From Octopus sinensis (Eukaryota), in contig NC_043005.1 in assembly GCF_006345805.1 (NCBI RefSeq), positions 4,092,001 to 4,156,000 on the forward strand: DNA of 64,000 bases. The letters run 5' to 3'. Below, piece by piece: positions 36,301 to 50,079 of the stretch. The position numbers and the translations under genes were made by a program. The notes under the pieces are model-generated. The model saw nothing but the letters and a program-made list of their open reading frames with translations. It ran no database searches and had not been told where the DNA came from. Within the stretch, counting starts at the first letter, position 1; each line of letters begins with the position of its first letter.

Positions 36301-38250
36301 ACCCAACGGAGTTGAGAAACAGAAAGGATAGCTCAATGGAGTTGAGAAACAGAAAGGATAGCTCAATGGAATTGAGAAACAGAAAGGATAACCCAACGGA
36401 GTTGAGAAACAGAAAGGATAGCTCAACGGAGTTGAGAAACAGAAAGGATAGCTCAACGGAGTTGAGAAACAGAAAGGATAGCTCAACGGAGTTGAGAAAC
36501 AGAAAGGATAACCCAACGGAGTTGAGAAACGGAAAGGATAGCCCAACGGAGTTGAGAAACAGAAAGGATAACCCAACGGAGTTGAGAAACAGAAAGGATA
36601 GCTCAACGGAGTTGAGAAACAGAAAGGATAACCCAACGGAGTTGAGAAACAGAAAGGATAACCCAACGGAGTTGAGAAACAGAAAGGATAGCTCAACGGA
36701 GTTGAGAAACAGAAAGGATAACCCAACGGAGTTGAGAAACAGAAAGGATAGCTCAACGGAGTTGAGAAACAGAAAGGATAACCCAACGGAGTTGAGAAAC
36801 AGAAAGGATAGCTCAACGGAGTTGAGAAACAGAAAAGATAGCTCAACGGAGTTGAGAAACAGAAAGGATAACCCAACGGAGTTGAGAAACAGAAAGGATA
36901 CCTCAACGAAGTTGTGAAACAGAAAGGATAGCCCAACGGAGTTGAGAAACAGAAAGGATAGCCCAACGAGTTGAGAAACAGAGAGGATACCTCAACGAAG
37001 TTGTGAAACAGAAAGGATAACCCAACGGAGTTGAGAAACAGAAAGGATAGCCCAACGAGTTGAGAAACAGAAAGGATAGCCCAACGGAGTCGAGAAACAG
37101 AAAGGATAGCTCAACGGAGTTGAGAAACAGAAGGGATAGCTCAACGGAGTTGAAAAACAGAAAGGATAGCTCAACGGAGTTGAGAAACAGAAGGGATAGC
37201 CCAACGGAGTTGAGAAACAGAAAGGATAGCCCAACGAGTTGAGAAACAGAAAGGATAGCCCAACGGAGTCGAGAAACAGAAAGGATAGCTCAACGGAGTT
37301 GAGAAACAGAAGGGATAGCTCAACGGAGTTGAAAAACAGAAAGGATAGCTCAACGGAGTTGAGAAACAGAAGGGATAGCCCAACGGAGTTGAGAAACAGA
37401 AAGGATAGCCCAACGAGTTGAGAAACAGAAAGGATACCTCAACGAAGTTGTGAAACAGAAAGGATAGCCCAACGGAGTTGAGAAACAGAAAGGATAGCCC
37501 AACGAGTTGAGAAACAGAAATGATAGCCCAACGGAGTTGAAAAAGCAGAACGGATAGCCCAACGGAGTCGAGAAGCAGAAAGGATAGCCCAACGGAGTTG
37601 AGAAACAGAAAGGATAACCCAACGGAGTTGAGAAACAGAAAGGATAGCTCAACGGAGTTGGGAAACAGAAAGGATAACCCAACGGAGTTGAGAAACAGAA
37701 AGGATAGCTCAACGGAGTTGAGAAACAGAAAGGATAACCCAACGGAGTTGAGAAACAGAAAGGATAGCTCAACGGAGTTGAGAAACAGAAAGGATAACCC
37801 AACGGAGTTGAGAAACAGAAAGGATAGCTCAACGGAGTTGAGAAACAGAAAAGATAGCTCAACGGAGTTGAGAAACAGAAAGGATACCTCAACGAAGTTG
37901 AGAAACAGAAAGGATAGCCCAACGGAGTTGAGAAACAGAAAGGATAGCCCAACGAGTTGAGAAACAGAGAGGATACCTCAACGAAGTTGTGAAACAGAAA
38001 GGATAACCCAACGGAGTTGAGAACAGAAAGGATAGCCCAACGAGTGAGAAACAGAAAGGATAGCCCAACGGAGTGAGAGAAACAGAAAGGATAGCTCACG
38101 GAGTTGAGAAACAGAAGGATAGCTCAACGGAGTTGAAAAACAGAAAGGATAGCTCAACGGAGTTGAGAAACAGAAGGGATAGCCCAACGGAGTTGAGAAA
38201 CAGAAAGGATAGCCCAACGGAGTTGAAAAAGCCGAAAGGACAGTCCAAAC
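33352..38250. repeat. Tandem satellite, 30-bp unit GGAGTTGAGAAACAGAAAGGATAGC(C/T)CAAC, about 160 units
   Basis: Directly visible. Variants at the agccc/agctc/aaccc/acctc position, 29- and 31-bp indel units, diverged edge units, and a 179-bp higher-order duplication at ~37060-37420. Confidence 0.97.
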
Positions 38251-39939
38251 AGTGGAAAAAATCAATGGTTTATGCACCATAGGGAGTGAAGGGCTTAAGT
38301 ACAGACAGTATCAGCGAGATACTGTATACAACAAGATTGGACCTTTTCAATTACCGATGTATTCCACACTCTAGGCTTCAGTACAATTTACTTCTAAGTT
38401 TGCTAGAACATTCATCGTCTACCAGAGAATATAAAAAATTTCATTTACCCAAGAATCTATGTAGTGGGACTGAACTTAGAATTTCGTGTTTGTGAATCAA
38501 ACTTCTTAACCATTTGCCTATATGGGGCTTACAATGGGAGGTGAAAATAATAGAAAGAAAACCTAGGAATGAGAAAGTTGTGTGTGTGCACAGGAGCTAA
38601 TGCAAGAACCTCTATGAGTTGGCTTGACAAATAACAATAAGAGGGAGACAGTGCATTCAAGGAAATAAGAAAGGATAGAAGAGGCACGAACTAGAATGAA
38701 AGAAAGAGAGAAAATAGGGAGATGGTGCAGGAACAAAAATAAATAAAAAATGAGAAATTCTATTAAAAAATAAGCGAAAGATTGGTGTGACAAAGAGGGG
38801 GAAGAGAAGAGGGGAATAAAGAAAATATGAATGAGATAATTGAGAAATAGGCAGAAAGAAAGATGAAGATAAAAAAAAGAGAACCGGACTAGAAACTTGA
38901 TTTAACAATAATAGACCCATATATACATATATGTGTGTGTATATACTATGCATATGTATGTATGTATGTGAATCTCTGTCTGTCTGTCTCTCTCTCTCTC
39001 TTTCTGTATGTGTATGTATGTATGTATGTATGCATGTATGTATGTGTGTTGATGTGTATGTATAATGTACATGTACATGTGCGAGTGAATACCACCAAAT
39101 ACAGACACATACACACAGTAGGTAAATAAAACAAAGAATAAGATAGGAGAGAGATTAGAAAACATGGTAGAACCTACATTGTTGCACGGTCATAATAACA
39201 TGGTATTTATTTATTTTATCAATGAAAGATCCTTTATTCTAGCTTTATATATCTGTTTCATGATGTGTTGAGCGGGGTGGGGGAAAGACAGGCATATCAT
39301 GGGGGGGGGGGATTTGGCATCTGTCGTGTGCTATTGTCTTCTAAGTTTGCTGGAAGATTCAATTGGCAATGAATAATATAATGAATAAATAAAAGATAAA
39401 AAAAAAAGAAAGAAAAAGAATAAAAGTAAGAGAAAGATAAAAATATAAATGAATAAATAAGCTTTTGAGTCTGAAAGGCACACGGTTCAGAAGAATGTTT
39501 CAGTAATTGTGTGTGTGTGTGTGTGTGCGTGTGTGCACGTGCATATACATACACATATATACATGTACACACAGATGTAGATAGATAGATAGATAGATAG
39601 ACGAATGGACAGACAAGCAGACAGACAGATAGATGGCCGGATGGAATTGAATCCAAGGAGATTAGTAGTGGCCTACATCGTCAAAACCTACTTTTATTAA
39701 GAAAAAGCATCAGGAAGGGCACAGTGAAATTCCCGTGGGGAGTGGAATATCCAACTTTTAGGATAGAGCCCTTTTTCAGAGTAAAAGAGACACGATGAAA
39801 ATAAAGACAGGAGAGTTTTGTATCATCTATGGGTAAGGAACTAGGAGACAGATATACATATAGAGACAGACAGGTAAACAGATTCACAGATTGAAAAAAA
39901 TGGACAGCTATGCAAATAGATGGATGAATATAGAGATAG

Positions 39940-39979
<40 letters not shown>

Positions 39980-41398
39980 GCATGTTTATGATTGTCCAAA
40001 GAATTCGATGTTGACCATCTTTTACAGGCAACAACTATAATTTATGCTACACCTCCCATGTTCCTCCATGAGTGAGGAAACAATGGGAGTGGTAATATTT
40101 CCTCATGACAGATGTGTGGGATATATCCATCTGGTACAACAACGTACAACTCTGAGACCCAAGATCCATGAAAGACATTGCAGGAGAAGATAATGGTACA
40201 ATGAAACTTCAAAGTGGCATAAAGTTGTGCATTTCCTTGTATCAGTAACTTCGCTATAAAGGTGACAGATCTAGTAGCAAGGATGATCTAAGATGACCAG
40301 CCGAGAGATGGCTATTGAGAAATATGTCCATAACTATCCATTTATCTTGAAGCCTGTGCTTTTCCTTAATGCCATATCAGTTTTGGAGAAATCCTTGATT
40401 ATTGAAATGATCTCCCCTTTTCAAGTGAAGCTGATCATAATTGCACTTTAGTAATTATGATACAGAAATAAATTTAATAAATCAAGAATTTATGTTGTAT
40501 GGTGTTTGACATACCTGTATTTGTTTATATATATATATATTGTGTGTGCGTGTGTGTGAGAGATTTAAATTACATGACATATTACTAGTAATTATAGCTT
40601 CATAACATTTTTATTCTTCAAAAGAAAGAACTGTGAGAACTCATAGTCCAAATTTCCTTTCACTGGACTCCATAGTTAGAAAGATTTCTTACTATATGTA
40701 GAAAAAAAAAACAAAAGCAGAAGAGTTTGTTCATAAATTATTTAGTTACATTATCTTGCATGTATTTCATTAATAATATTATCCATTATAAGCAGATTAC
40801 ATTATCAAATCATCAGAGATTGTGTAATAGTAGTAAATAAGTTTTAAAGCTTATACTCAGCTCTGGATAGTATTATGGCAACAATAACCCACTAGTTATG
40901 ATCAGAGTACCCAACACTTTTCAGGTACATTGGCCACTCTTCAGAGGACAACTTCCCCACAACCTTTTTCCCCAACAAAGAGAATATTATAGCAATTGCT
41001 ATTTAAATCAAACATAAACCATTATGTTCCCATTTCCAAATAACGTGTCCAATATTTTCTTCTCTTTGACAAACAAATAACTGCTAAAGGCAAGTTTATT
41101 CTTAATTTGTTCCCTTATAGCATACTACAGAGTGATTTGATTAAGCTTAGTTCTTCTCAACTTACAGATTCGATTTTCCTACAGCAAAACCAAGAAAATG
41201 TTTGTAAATATTACAAAATGAAAGGATAAAGAAACTATTGTGTCCTCTTCTTCGTTTCTATATAGTCACAGAAAAAGTCATTGGATGCTTCAAACCCATG
41301 ACCAAACTTCTTAAGCATTAAATTTTCCAAAAGCAATTACACTTATCTTGGACCAAATAAACTAAATTCCTCCATCTTGCCTACTCAACTTTCTTTAA

Positions 41399-41618
41399 CC
41401 CTTTAGCATTTAAACTGGCCATATCAGACTCAACTAATTTACCTGTTTTATGTTCAAACTGGCCAGATTCAGACTCTCACATCTACCATACAATGTCATT
41501 CTAAAAGTATACAATCACATCATTGAAATGTCAAAGCTATGAGATAATGCATGATTAATTTCAATCAATTTGAATAAATAAGCATTGTATTTGACTAAGT
41601 AATCTTAATGCCAAAGGG
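41399..41618. mobile_element. piggyBac-like MITE (220 bp)
   Basis: TTAA|CCCTTTAGCATT ... AATGCCAAAGGG|TTAA: TTAA TSD and CCC/GGG termini. Confidence 0.85.
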
Positions 41619-42289
41619 TTAAATGTAATTCCCTTTGGATTAATATGCACTCCCCTATGCTCTTCATCTTTATCATAGATGTCAGCAATTTAGCTGAGAT
41701 TAGCCATCTCATTGGCCTTTAATTCTCTCAAAATATAAGGATATATTATTCCCTTGGAATATATTATTCTTGTACTGCCACAGTGGCCTTCTAAATCTCA
41801 ACATTCAGCAATCCATAACTCATCAAGATGTTCTTGTAAAATGTCTTCAAGGACTTAAATCTTGAAATTACAGCATATTGATTGTACTTATTTGCATATC
41901 AGGACACTTTGTAAGTGCTGAAGAAGTGTAATATATGTGGATATATGTGTATATATGTGTAATATATGTGGATAAATTGTGACTGTCCTATAGACCCTCT
42001 GGTTTAACCACAGGGTCTAAGATCTATTTGTACAGAGAGCCTAAATGTATATCAAGCATTCTGTGAACATATTCTATACACACATGCACATATATTTAAA
42101 CACACACGTATGTATAAATATATTATTTGGCCTTGTTACAAAAAAGTTACAAAAAAACAAACAAAATACAGGTGCCAGGGGAGTCTGGCATCGGCCACGA
42201 TCGGTTGGTGCTTTTAACGTGCCACCGGAACGGAAGCCAGCTGGCAGTCTTGAATTAAAATCTTCCACAATTAGTTGGGTCTGATATGG

Positions 42290-42428
42290 CCAATTTATGT
42301 TCACAATTTATGTTCCTAGTACTAGATTAATGATAACTAAGTTATTTTACTAAATTTTTTGTTATATTTAAAATTAATTGAAAGAAACACAGAGCATCTC
42401 AAAATAAATACAGTAACGAAAGGGTTCA
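42290..42428 (-). mobile_element. Partial end of a second piggyBac-like MITE family
   Basis: Ends in gtaacgaaagggttca (CCCTTT-type terminus, mutated TSD); other end not found. Confidence 0.4.
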
Positions 42429-43166
42429 AGGTAAAACTTGAAATCCCTGTCAATCCAACAGTATCAACATGTGTGTGTGCGCATGCATAGAATATGGGCT
42501 GTGTGCCTAACAGATAAGTATACACAAAAACATATACATATGTGTATGTGTACATGTATGTGGAGCAGGGGTTGCATGTCTGACAACCAAGTACACACAC
42601 ACAGACCATCATACTTTTGAATTTTCTTACAATTGGGATCTACCACACTTACCTATGCACACATACAGAATACACGTAACTGCAGGATCTATTTATTTAA
42701 ACCCCACTCGCTTATATTTCTTTTATAAACTCACAGCTTCCTTGTGTTTACAAAATCTATTTCCTTTTAATTCTTCATAAAAGAAACAAAAATAGATGCT
42801 ATTTCCTAACCTACAATAGTTATATAATTTCAAAGACTTCATCCTGCCAAATTCAAAAGTTACTCATACATATACTTCCATCTCTCTATTTTCTTTGTGT
42901 TAAACTTGCAAGCATGGCTTCGCGGTTAAGCAGTTTGCTGAGTAACCAGCAGTTTCAAGTTCAATCCACTGTATAGCACCTTGTGCAAATGTATTTTACT
43001 ATAGCCTTGAATCAACCAATTTCTTTTGAAATCTCAATGTATTTACTATCATCATCATCACACAATCTGATGATGGCAAGTAAGCTAAAACTTTGAAGTC
43101 TCTGTCAACCTTTACCATGTGAAAATTAATACGTACTTTACTGAAAAGTCTTCAGTGACCCTTCAA

Positions 43167-43386
43167 CACTTTAACATTTAAACCCACTACATCCAGCTCA
43201 TATATTCCATTTGTTTTATGTTTAAGCTGGCCAGATCGAGCTTTTCACACCTACCCTATAATGTCAGCCTAAAAATCGACAATCACATCATTGAAATCTC
43301 AAACTTAAAAGATAACGCATGATTAATTAAAAACAGTGTGAATAAATGAGTATTTCGTTTGACTGAGTAATCTGAATGACAAAGGG
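43167..43386. mobile_element. piggyBac-like MITE (second 220-bp copy)
   Basis: Same length and internal similarity as 41399-41618; right end AAAGGG|TTAA intact. Confidence 0.75.
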
Positions 43387-43437
43387 TTAATGTTAAATTG
43401 TTCTTATATGTAACTTGACATAAAAACAAGCATCAAA

Positions 43438-43472
<35 letters not shown>

Positions 43473-44419
43473 CATGTGGTGTAGCAGTTAGGTCTGTTGC
43501 AAGCACGATTGTGAGATATTGGTTTTGATTCTCAGACCATCTGTGCATTGTGTTCTTGAGCAAAACACTTCATTTCATGTTGCTCCAGTCCACTGAGATA
43601 TAAATGGGTCCCACTGTAACAGACTAACCTTCCAATCAGGGGGAATGTTGGCCTGCTTGTCTAGCCAGTGGGGTGATACAATTCGAAAGCTAAAATAATG
43701 TGAGGTGTATTGTGACCAGCAATGTATAACAACATTTGAGAGCCTGGCCAATACCATAATAGTGTGATATGTGTGTGTATATGTGCATAACTGTGTGTTC
43801 ATATAGGTATGCATATATGTCTGTGCATGTTTCTGTTTGTGGGTGTGATCCTCTGTCTCTGTATTCAATAAATATTTATATGCACAAACAGCATGAGGTA
43901 GAAAATCTAAGTTAAATTTAATATAGTTTAACTAGTTTGTAACACTTTAACAGCTGAAAGTAAACAGTTGTAAACAGATAAAAATACTTCTTAATGTTGT
44001 TATTCAACAGAAAATAAGGAGCTGGCTCTTATTTCTTTCTTGACTAAGAGAAAAGTAAGATATATAAATATATAAATATATGTTGATGAGCATGTACATT
44101 TATACACATACACATGCATACAAGGTGGAGAATAAGCAGTGAGGTCAGAGCACAGGATAGATTGCTATGCAATAATTGTTCCACCTTAGTCAGTTCAAAT
44201 CTTGCAGAGGTTAAATTTGTCCTTCATCCTTTTGGAGTTATTAAATATAATACCAGGTCTGCACTGTGGTTAATTATTCTCTTTCTCTAAATCATGCTTT
44301 CTGTCTGTCTATCTCTCTCTATTACGGGAAGAAATCAATTGTGGGGAAACATGGACAGAGATGTACTCTCTCTCTCTCTCTCTCTTTTTCATATGTGTAC
44401 TTGTGTGTGTGTGTGTGTG

Positions 44420-44775
44420 TGTGTAGCTTGCTTACCAACCACATGATTCTGGGTTCAGTCCCACTGCATGGCACCTTGAGCAAGTGTCTTCTACTATAGC
44501 CTCAGGCTGACCAAAGCATTGAGAGTGAATTTGGTAGATGGAAATTGAAAGAAGCCCTTCATATATATGTGTTTGTGTATCTGTGTTTGTCCCCTCAACA
44601 TCGCTTTACAACTGATGGTGGTGTGTTTACATCCCCATAACTTAGCGGTTCGGCAAAAGAAAACTGATAGAATAAGTACTAAGCTTATAAAAAATAAGTC
44701 CTGGGGTTGATTTGCTCGACTAAAGGCCGCATGGCCATAGTCAAATGGCTGAAACAAATAAAAGAATAAAAGAAT
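44420..44775 (+). mobile_element. SINE family A, near full length
   Basis: gtagcttgcttaccaaccacatg..gggttcagtccc..gtcaaatggctgaaacaaataaaag. Confidence 0.8.
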
Positions 44776-44777
44776 AT

Positions 44778-44841
<64 letters not shown>

Positions 44842-44844
44842 AGA

Positions 44845-45545
44845 CGAAAGTGTACATACGATGCTATATGTTTATATATAAAAAATACAAAATGGGACAA
44901 GAATGCAAAACATCCAGACAGTTAGGTGATACAAAAAAGGGACAACAAACATCCAGATAGACGATACAAAGAAAACAAGGCTGGGTCATTCGGAGTTTTC
45001 TTTCTTCAGTTGAGTTCCAGATTATCTTTGCAATTTTGGCTGGTTATACTTGAGATTGCTCCAATCTGGCCAGCCCCAAGGAAAAACTAAGCTAAGAGCA
45101 TTAGATTCCTTGGAAGAAAGCAGCAAATGTATACGAAAACAAGGACAGGAAGAAATGGAGAATGTTACACAAATACAAATAACAGGACATAACAACAGAT
45201 GTCTTTCGACTAAGGATGAATTAAATTAAGCTGGGGTGTGTGGAAGTAAAGCCTTATGGCAGGGATACAAAATTTCACAGGCAAAAGGAGGAATATAGAT
45301 GTTGCATGGACGGAGGCCAAACCAAGAAAGAAAGGTCAGGCTTGGCCAAACACTGGTCACGTGGGGAGAGAAGAGAGGTAGAGGCAGAGGGACAGAAGAA
45401 ATAAAGAGCGGTGAGGAAAAATGACAGGGACACAGTGAAGTGAAAAGAGAAGGAAAAGTGAGCACGAAGACAAGGCAAGGAAATGTGAGAGAGGGGAACG
45501 AAAGAACGAAGAGTGGAATGAACGAAGTAAGTGTGAAAGGACTGT
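44845..45545 (-). repeat. Unclassified interspersed repeat between (TA)n tracts
   Basis: Non-coding block with purine/pyrimidine strand bias, bounded by microsatellites; no second copy in the window. Confidence 0.3.
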
Positions 45546-45574
45546 TAGAAAGGATATATATATATATATATACG

Positions 45575-45672
45575 GTTCTATATTTAAGAGATGAGGAATT
45601 ATGTACATTATTTACATTTGACGGATATTAACAAGAGGAGGACAAATATCCGTTAAATTCAAATAATGTAAA
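45575..45672. repeat. Fold-back of SINE family E 3' end
   Basis: Arms 45604-45629 and 45645-45670 (26 bp, 3 mismatches), 15-nt loop; matches 14950-15005 and 15340-15372. Confidence 0.8.
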
Positions 45673-45674
45673 TA

Positions 45675-45719
<45 letters not shown>

Positions 45720-46059
45720 AGCATACACATGCACGCATCCACACACACAGAGTTGGCTGTTTCTAGTGCCTGGGATTATCAATTTCCTCTTGCCTGAGTG
45801 GTGCTTCCATGTTGATGGTGTTGCTGAGAAGGCCAGCCTTTACATAAAAGAGGCTGCAACTAAAATGGTAGAGAGTACGTTTGTTGTGTCAGTCATCTTG
45901 TGTTTGATAAGTAATTCCTCAACTTTCCCTTCGCTTCTCTTTTAACTTTAAAACTATTATCCATTCTGGTGGTGGCAGAGTGGCACCCATTGAGTGGTTC
46001 TAGGCTTCGGTATTCTATGTTTTTGTCACAATTCCAAACATTTTGAAGGTATGTGTATA

Positions 46060-47230
46060 CACACACACCTATATGTGTTTGTGAGTGTATGCATGTTTGT
46101 GTCTCCTTGTCTTGACATTGAGTGGTTGATGTATGTGAATATCATTAATTTCCAAATACATGTCTGACCAGGGGGAAATACTACCTTCCTTGGAAACAGG
46201 TATGGGTTGGCAACAGGAAGGTCATCTGGCTGTAGAAAATCTACATTAATAAACTTTACCCAACCATTGCCAGCATGAAAAAGTGGACACTTTGCTCGAA
46301 CATTGGGCCTGATGGAGGCAGTGACAGGTAACCAAGACCTTTGGCAATATATTGTGCTTGTTCCAAGGTGGTGAGCTGGTAGAAACGTTAGCACGTTGGG
46401 CGAAATGCTTAGTGGTATTTTGTCTGTCTTTACATTCTGAGTTCAAATTGCCTTTCATCCTTTCAGGGTTGATAAATTAAGTACCAGTTGCATACTGGGG
46501 TTGATCTAAATGACTGGCCCCCTCCCCCAAAATTTTGGGCCTTGTGCCTAGGGTAGAAAAGAATATACTGTGCTTGTGTTGAGCTGCCAAGCGAAGTGAG
46601 ACTGAAGTTGTGGCTGATACCAGTGTCAGGTCAAATGGCACCCATGCCGGTGGCACATAAAAAACACCCACTACACTCTTGGAGTGGTTAGCATGAGGAG
46701 AGGCATCCATCCGTAGAAACCTTGCCAGATCAGAACCTGGTACAACCCTGCCCTCGGCTAACCAGTTTTCAATCAAAACATACAACCCATGCCAGCATAG
46801 AAAATGGACGTTAACTGATGATGATGATAATGATGAATGGTACTTATATATATATATATACATAAATCATGTATACACACACATACAAACACATAATTAC
46901 ATAGACTCGAGTGGCACAAAGCCACCTCCCTCAGTACCACTCCCTCTTCCACTTGAGGAGGTCTTTGTCTTGCAAGTTACATGGTGACTCTACTGATGCT
47001 GGTGCCACATAGAAAGTACCAGTGCTGGTGCCAAGTATAATTGCACCCAGTACACTCTGTAAAGTGGTTGGTTTTTGGAAGGGTATCCAGCAGTAGGAAC
47101 CATGCCAAAGTAGACAATGGAGCTTGGTGCAGCTCTCTGGCTTGCAAGCTCCTGTCAAACTGTCCAACCCATGCCAACATGGAAGTTGGATATTAAATGA
47201 TGATAATGATGATGAGGAACAAAATAAATA
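46060..47230. mobile_element. Cluster of family D (+), family B (+) and two family C (-) short elements
   Basis: Similarity to the other copies listed. Confidence 0.65.
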
Positions 47231-49029
47231 AATACATACACACACATATATATATATATGCATGCACAAACAAACTAATATATATGTAAGATACATATAT
47301 TTACACAAACAGTGTACATAAATATATATATTATAAACATACCTATACAAACGTGTGTGTGTTCTTTATGTCTATGTAGATCTGTGTGATATTTAGTATG
47401 GTATGTTACATTACATTAACGAGTTAATAGTGATGTCCTGCTGTTTTTGTAACTGTGAGAGACGCTGTTATGTAAGCAAACCAGCAGGTTTGTCTTGAAA
47501 GCCCCTGTCATATAAATATGTGATCCTCTTTTATATAGGCTTGCATGATTTTACTATCTAAGATAAATGTACTCACAATACCTGAGGTTTAAGAATGAAA
47601 GAGGTGGGGAAAAAAATGAATGTTGGCTAGACAAGAAAATAGCATTTGAAAGGATAAAAGTTTTGCTAGAATAATTAACATTGGCAACAATTTTTGTTTA
47701 ATTACATTACTAGTTGTATATATGTAGAGGTGTGGTAGATATGTAGACATGGAATGTAATCTTTGGGCTGTTTACTTCCATGCCTTTATATTCTGGTTTC
47801 AGATCCTACCCTGGGATCAACTTGATTTTTTTGCCTTTTTGCTGTGAATAAAATAGATATTATTCTAGTACTATCATTCATTTTTTTAACGTCCGCCTTC
47901 CATGCTAGCATGGGTTGGACGATTTCACTGAGGGATGGCAAACCAAATGGCTGCACCAGGCTCCAATCTTGATCTGACAGAGTTTCTACAACAGGATGCC
48001 CTTCCAAACGTCAACCACTCCAAGAGTGTAGTGGGTGCTTTTACGTGTCACCTGCACGAGGGCCAGTCAAGTGGTACTGGCAACAGCCACACTCAAATGG
48101 TGTTTTTTTACGTGCACAGGAGCTAGTCCAGCATCACTGGCAACGACTAAAAATCCAATAATTAGTTCAAATCTTCTCAGCATAATGCTGTATCCATTGT
48201 CAGGACATTTATCTGCTAAATGACCCAACCCACTTGTCTATCATTACATAATGTAAAACAGGGTCAAAATTCTGCTTTGTATAGAGCTAGTATTGACAAG
48301 GAATTCATTAGATTATAGTGGTGAGATCAATTCTTTGTATGGAAAACAATTATTGATTGGCAACATTCAGGAGATGTTTAATCACTCTGCACCACTTAAT
48401 GCTGCGAAAACTGGAGATAAGCCATGATAATGTGGACAAAGATTAACTTCAAAAGCTGATGGAGTAAATCATAAAGGGTTTAACAATCTTATTTCTGCAT
48501 TCTGTGTTCAAACCTCAGCAAGTTTCACTCTTGAACCTTCCTCTCTTACTTCTGAGACTGAGATAAGAGCTGAATGTCATATATTTATGTTTATATGTGT
48601 GTGTGTGGTGTGTGTGTGTGTATACATACATATATGTGTGTATGTGTGTTTGGTTTTATGTTTATATACATTAAAATGAATTTTCACCCAGCCTGGCAAC
48701 TATTTGTGATACCAGTGATTTGTTAGTCACTTGTTTTTCTATATCAGCAGTTGTGACAGTTGTTTAAGTATACAGTAGATAGCAGATACTTGCTACTGAT
48801 GATGCACAGGCACACAAAAATCATGGGATCTAGCAATTGCACTGTTGCTGTTGAACACTTTCTTTCTGTCTGCTACTGCTACTTCTGTGCTATTTAGCAC
48901 TATACGTCTATGAGATGCTTTCTCAAGATAAATACCACACTATTGTGGCTTTCAAACATTATATCCACACACACACGTGTAAATAAATGTTTCTTTTTAT
49001 GTGTGTGTATTTATTTTTTACTGGGGTAC

Positions 49030-49200
49030 TAACCTTCGAAACACGGAGTAGTCGAAGCAGGGGCAGCTGAAGAAGGGGAATATTCCTTGTGTTGTATGTC
49101 TTGTACTCTGTTTTTTCGTTGTTTGAAGAAAGTCCGTTTCCATGTTTTTTTATGTTTTCGTTTCTCATTGTGCTCTACGTTTTTTTGGTGTCCTGTACCC
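49030..49200 (+). repeat. Short interspersed repeat, related copy at 62100-62230 (-)
   Basis: Shared accttcgaa(a)c.cggagtag...cagggg.ca.ctga.gaaggg. Confidence 0.55.
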
Positions 49201-50079
49201 ATATATGCATGTATATATACATATAGATGTAGGTATGTACATATATGTATGTATATATGCATATCTTTTATTTATTATTTTCTTATTATATATATATAAT
49301 TCTCTGTTAAACAATAATAGTTACATTTGTTACATATACCAGTGAGGAATACGACCAAATCAGATTCAAAATGTGAAATCTAAGACACTCCTAAACATAA
49401 GAGACGGTTATGACTGGAATGTCTTTTGATCACAGGTCTGCTTGATCATCATTAACTTGGTATCATATTACACAACAACTGATCAAATCCAAACATTCAT
49501 AAAATTAGTCACAAGATCACTCTCAAATGCAATGCTACTTTCATATTATAGAAAGACACATTAAATAGTGTAGCCCTAGACACTCTTGCCTGAAAAAACT
49601 ATTGCAACGTATGCTGTTGAACCTAATTTGATCATAGTTTTGCTTGATGAGGGTTGACTGCAGATATTGGCTAAACAACAACAGGATGAAATGCATTACA
49701 GCATTCATTTACTTTCTTGTCAACTTAAAATTTAAACTTTAATAGTAAATGATTTTGTTATCAACTGGATAACTCAAGAACAGTTATAACGGATATTGCA
49801 AAGTTTATTAAATCCATTATTTGAGTGACAAAATATCTTGCAGTATTTGATCCAGCTATTCATATTCTGTGTTCAAATCTTGTTTAGGTCAGTCAACTTC
49901 ACCTTCCATCCTTCCTGAGTTGGAAAAATTAAGTACTAATCAAGTAGTGGAATAAACTTAATCAATTGCCAATCTGTGCCACAACACAATAAGCTAGCAT
50001 GATACATTACAGTCCAAATCTTCACCCAACTGTGGAGCACTGAGAAAAAACTGGAAAGATAGTCTACTTGGAGTATACT

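Noticed and set aside
33352-38250. CRISPR-like array, or long repeat-protein genes (ORFs of 529, 361 and 323 aa)
   Set aside because: No unique spacers, no cas genes, eukaryotic context. The ORFs follow from the 30-bp period, appear on both strands and are broken by indels.
39630-39810. Unique GC-richer island with open frames on both strands
   Set aside because: No homology recognised and no convincing splice pair.
44975-45015. Minus-strand CUGAAGA..CCGAAU hammerhead-like motif
   Set aside because: GAAA is altered, stem II is mismatched and no stem I pairing was found.
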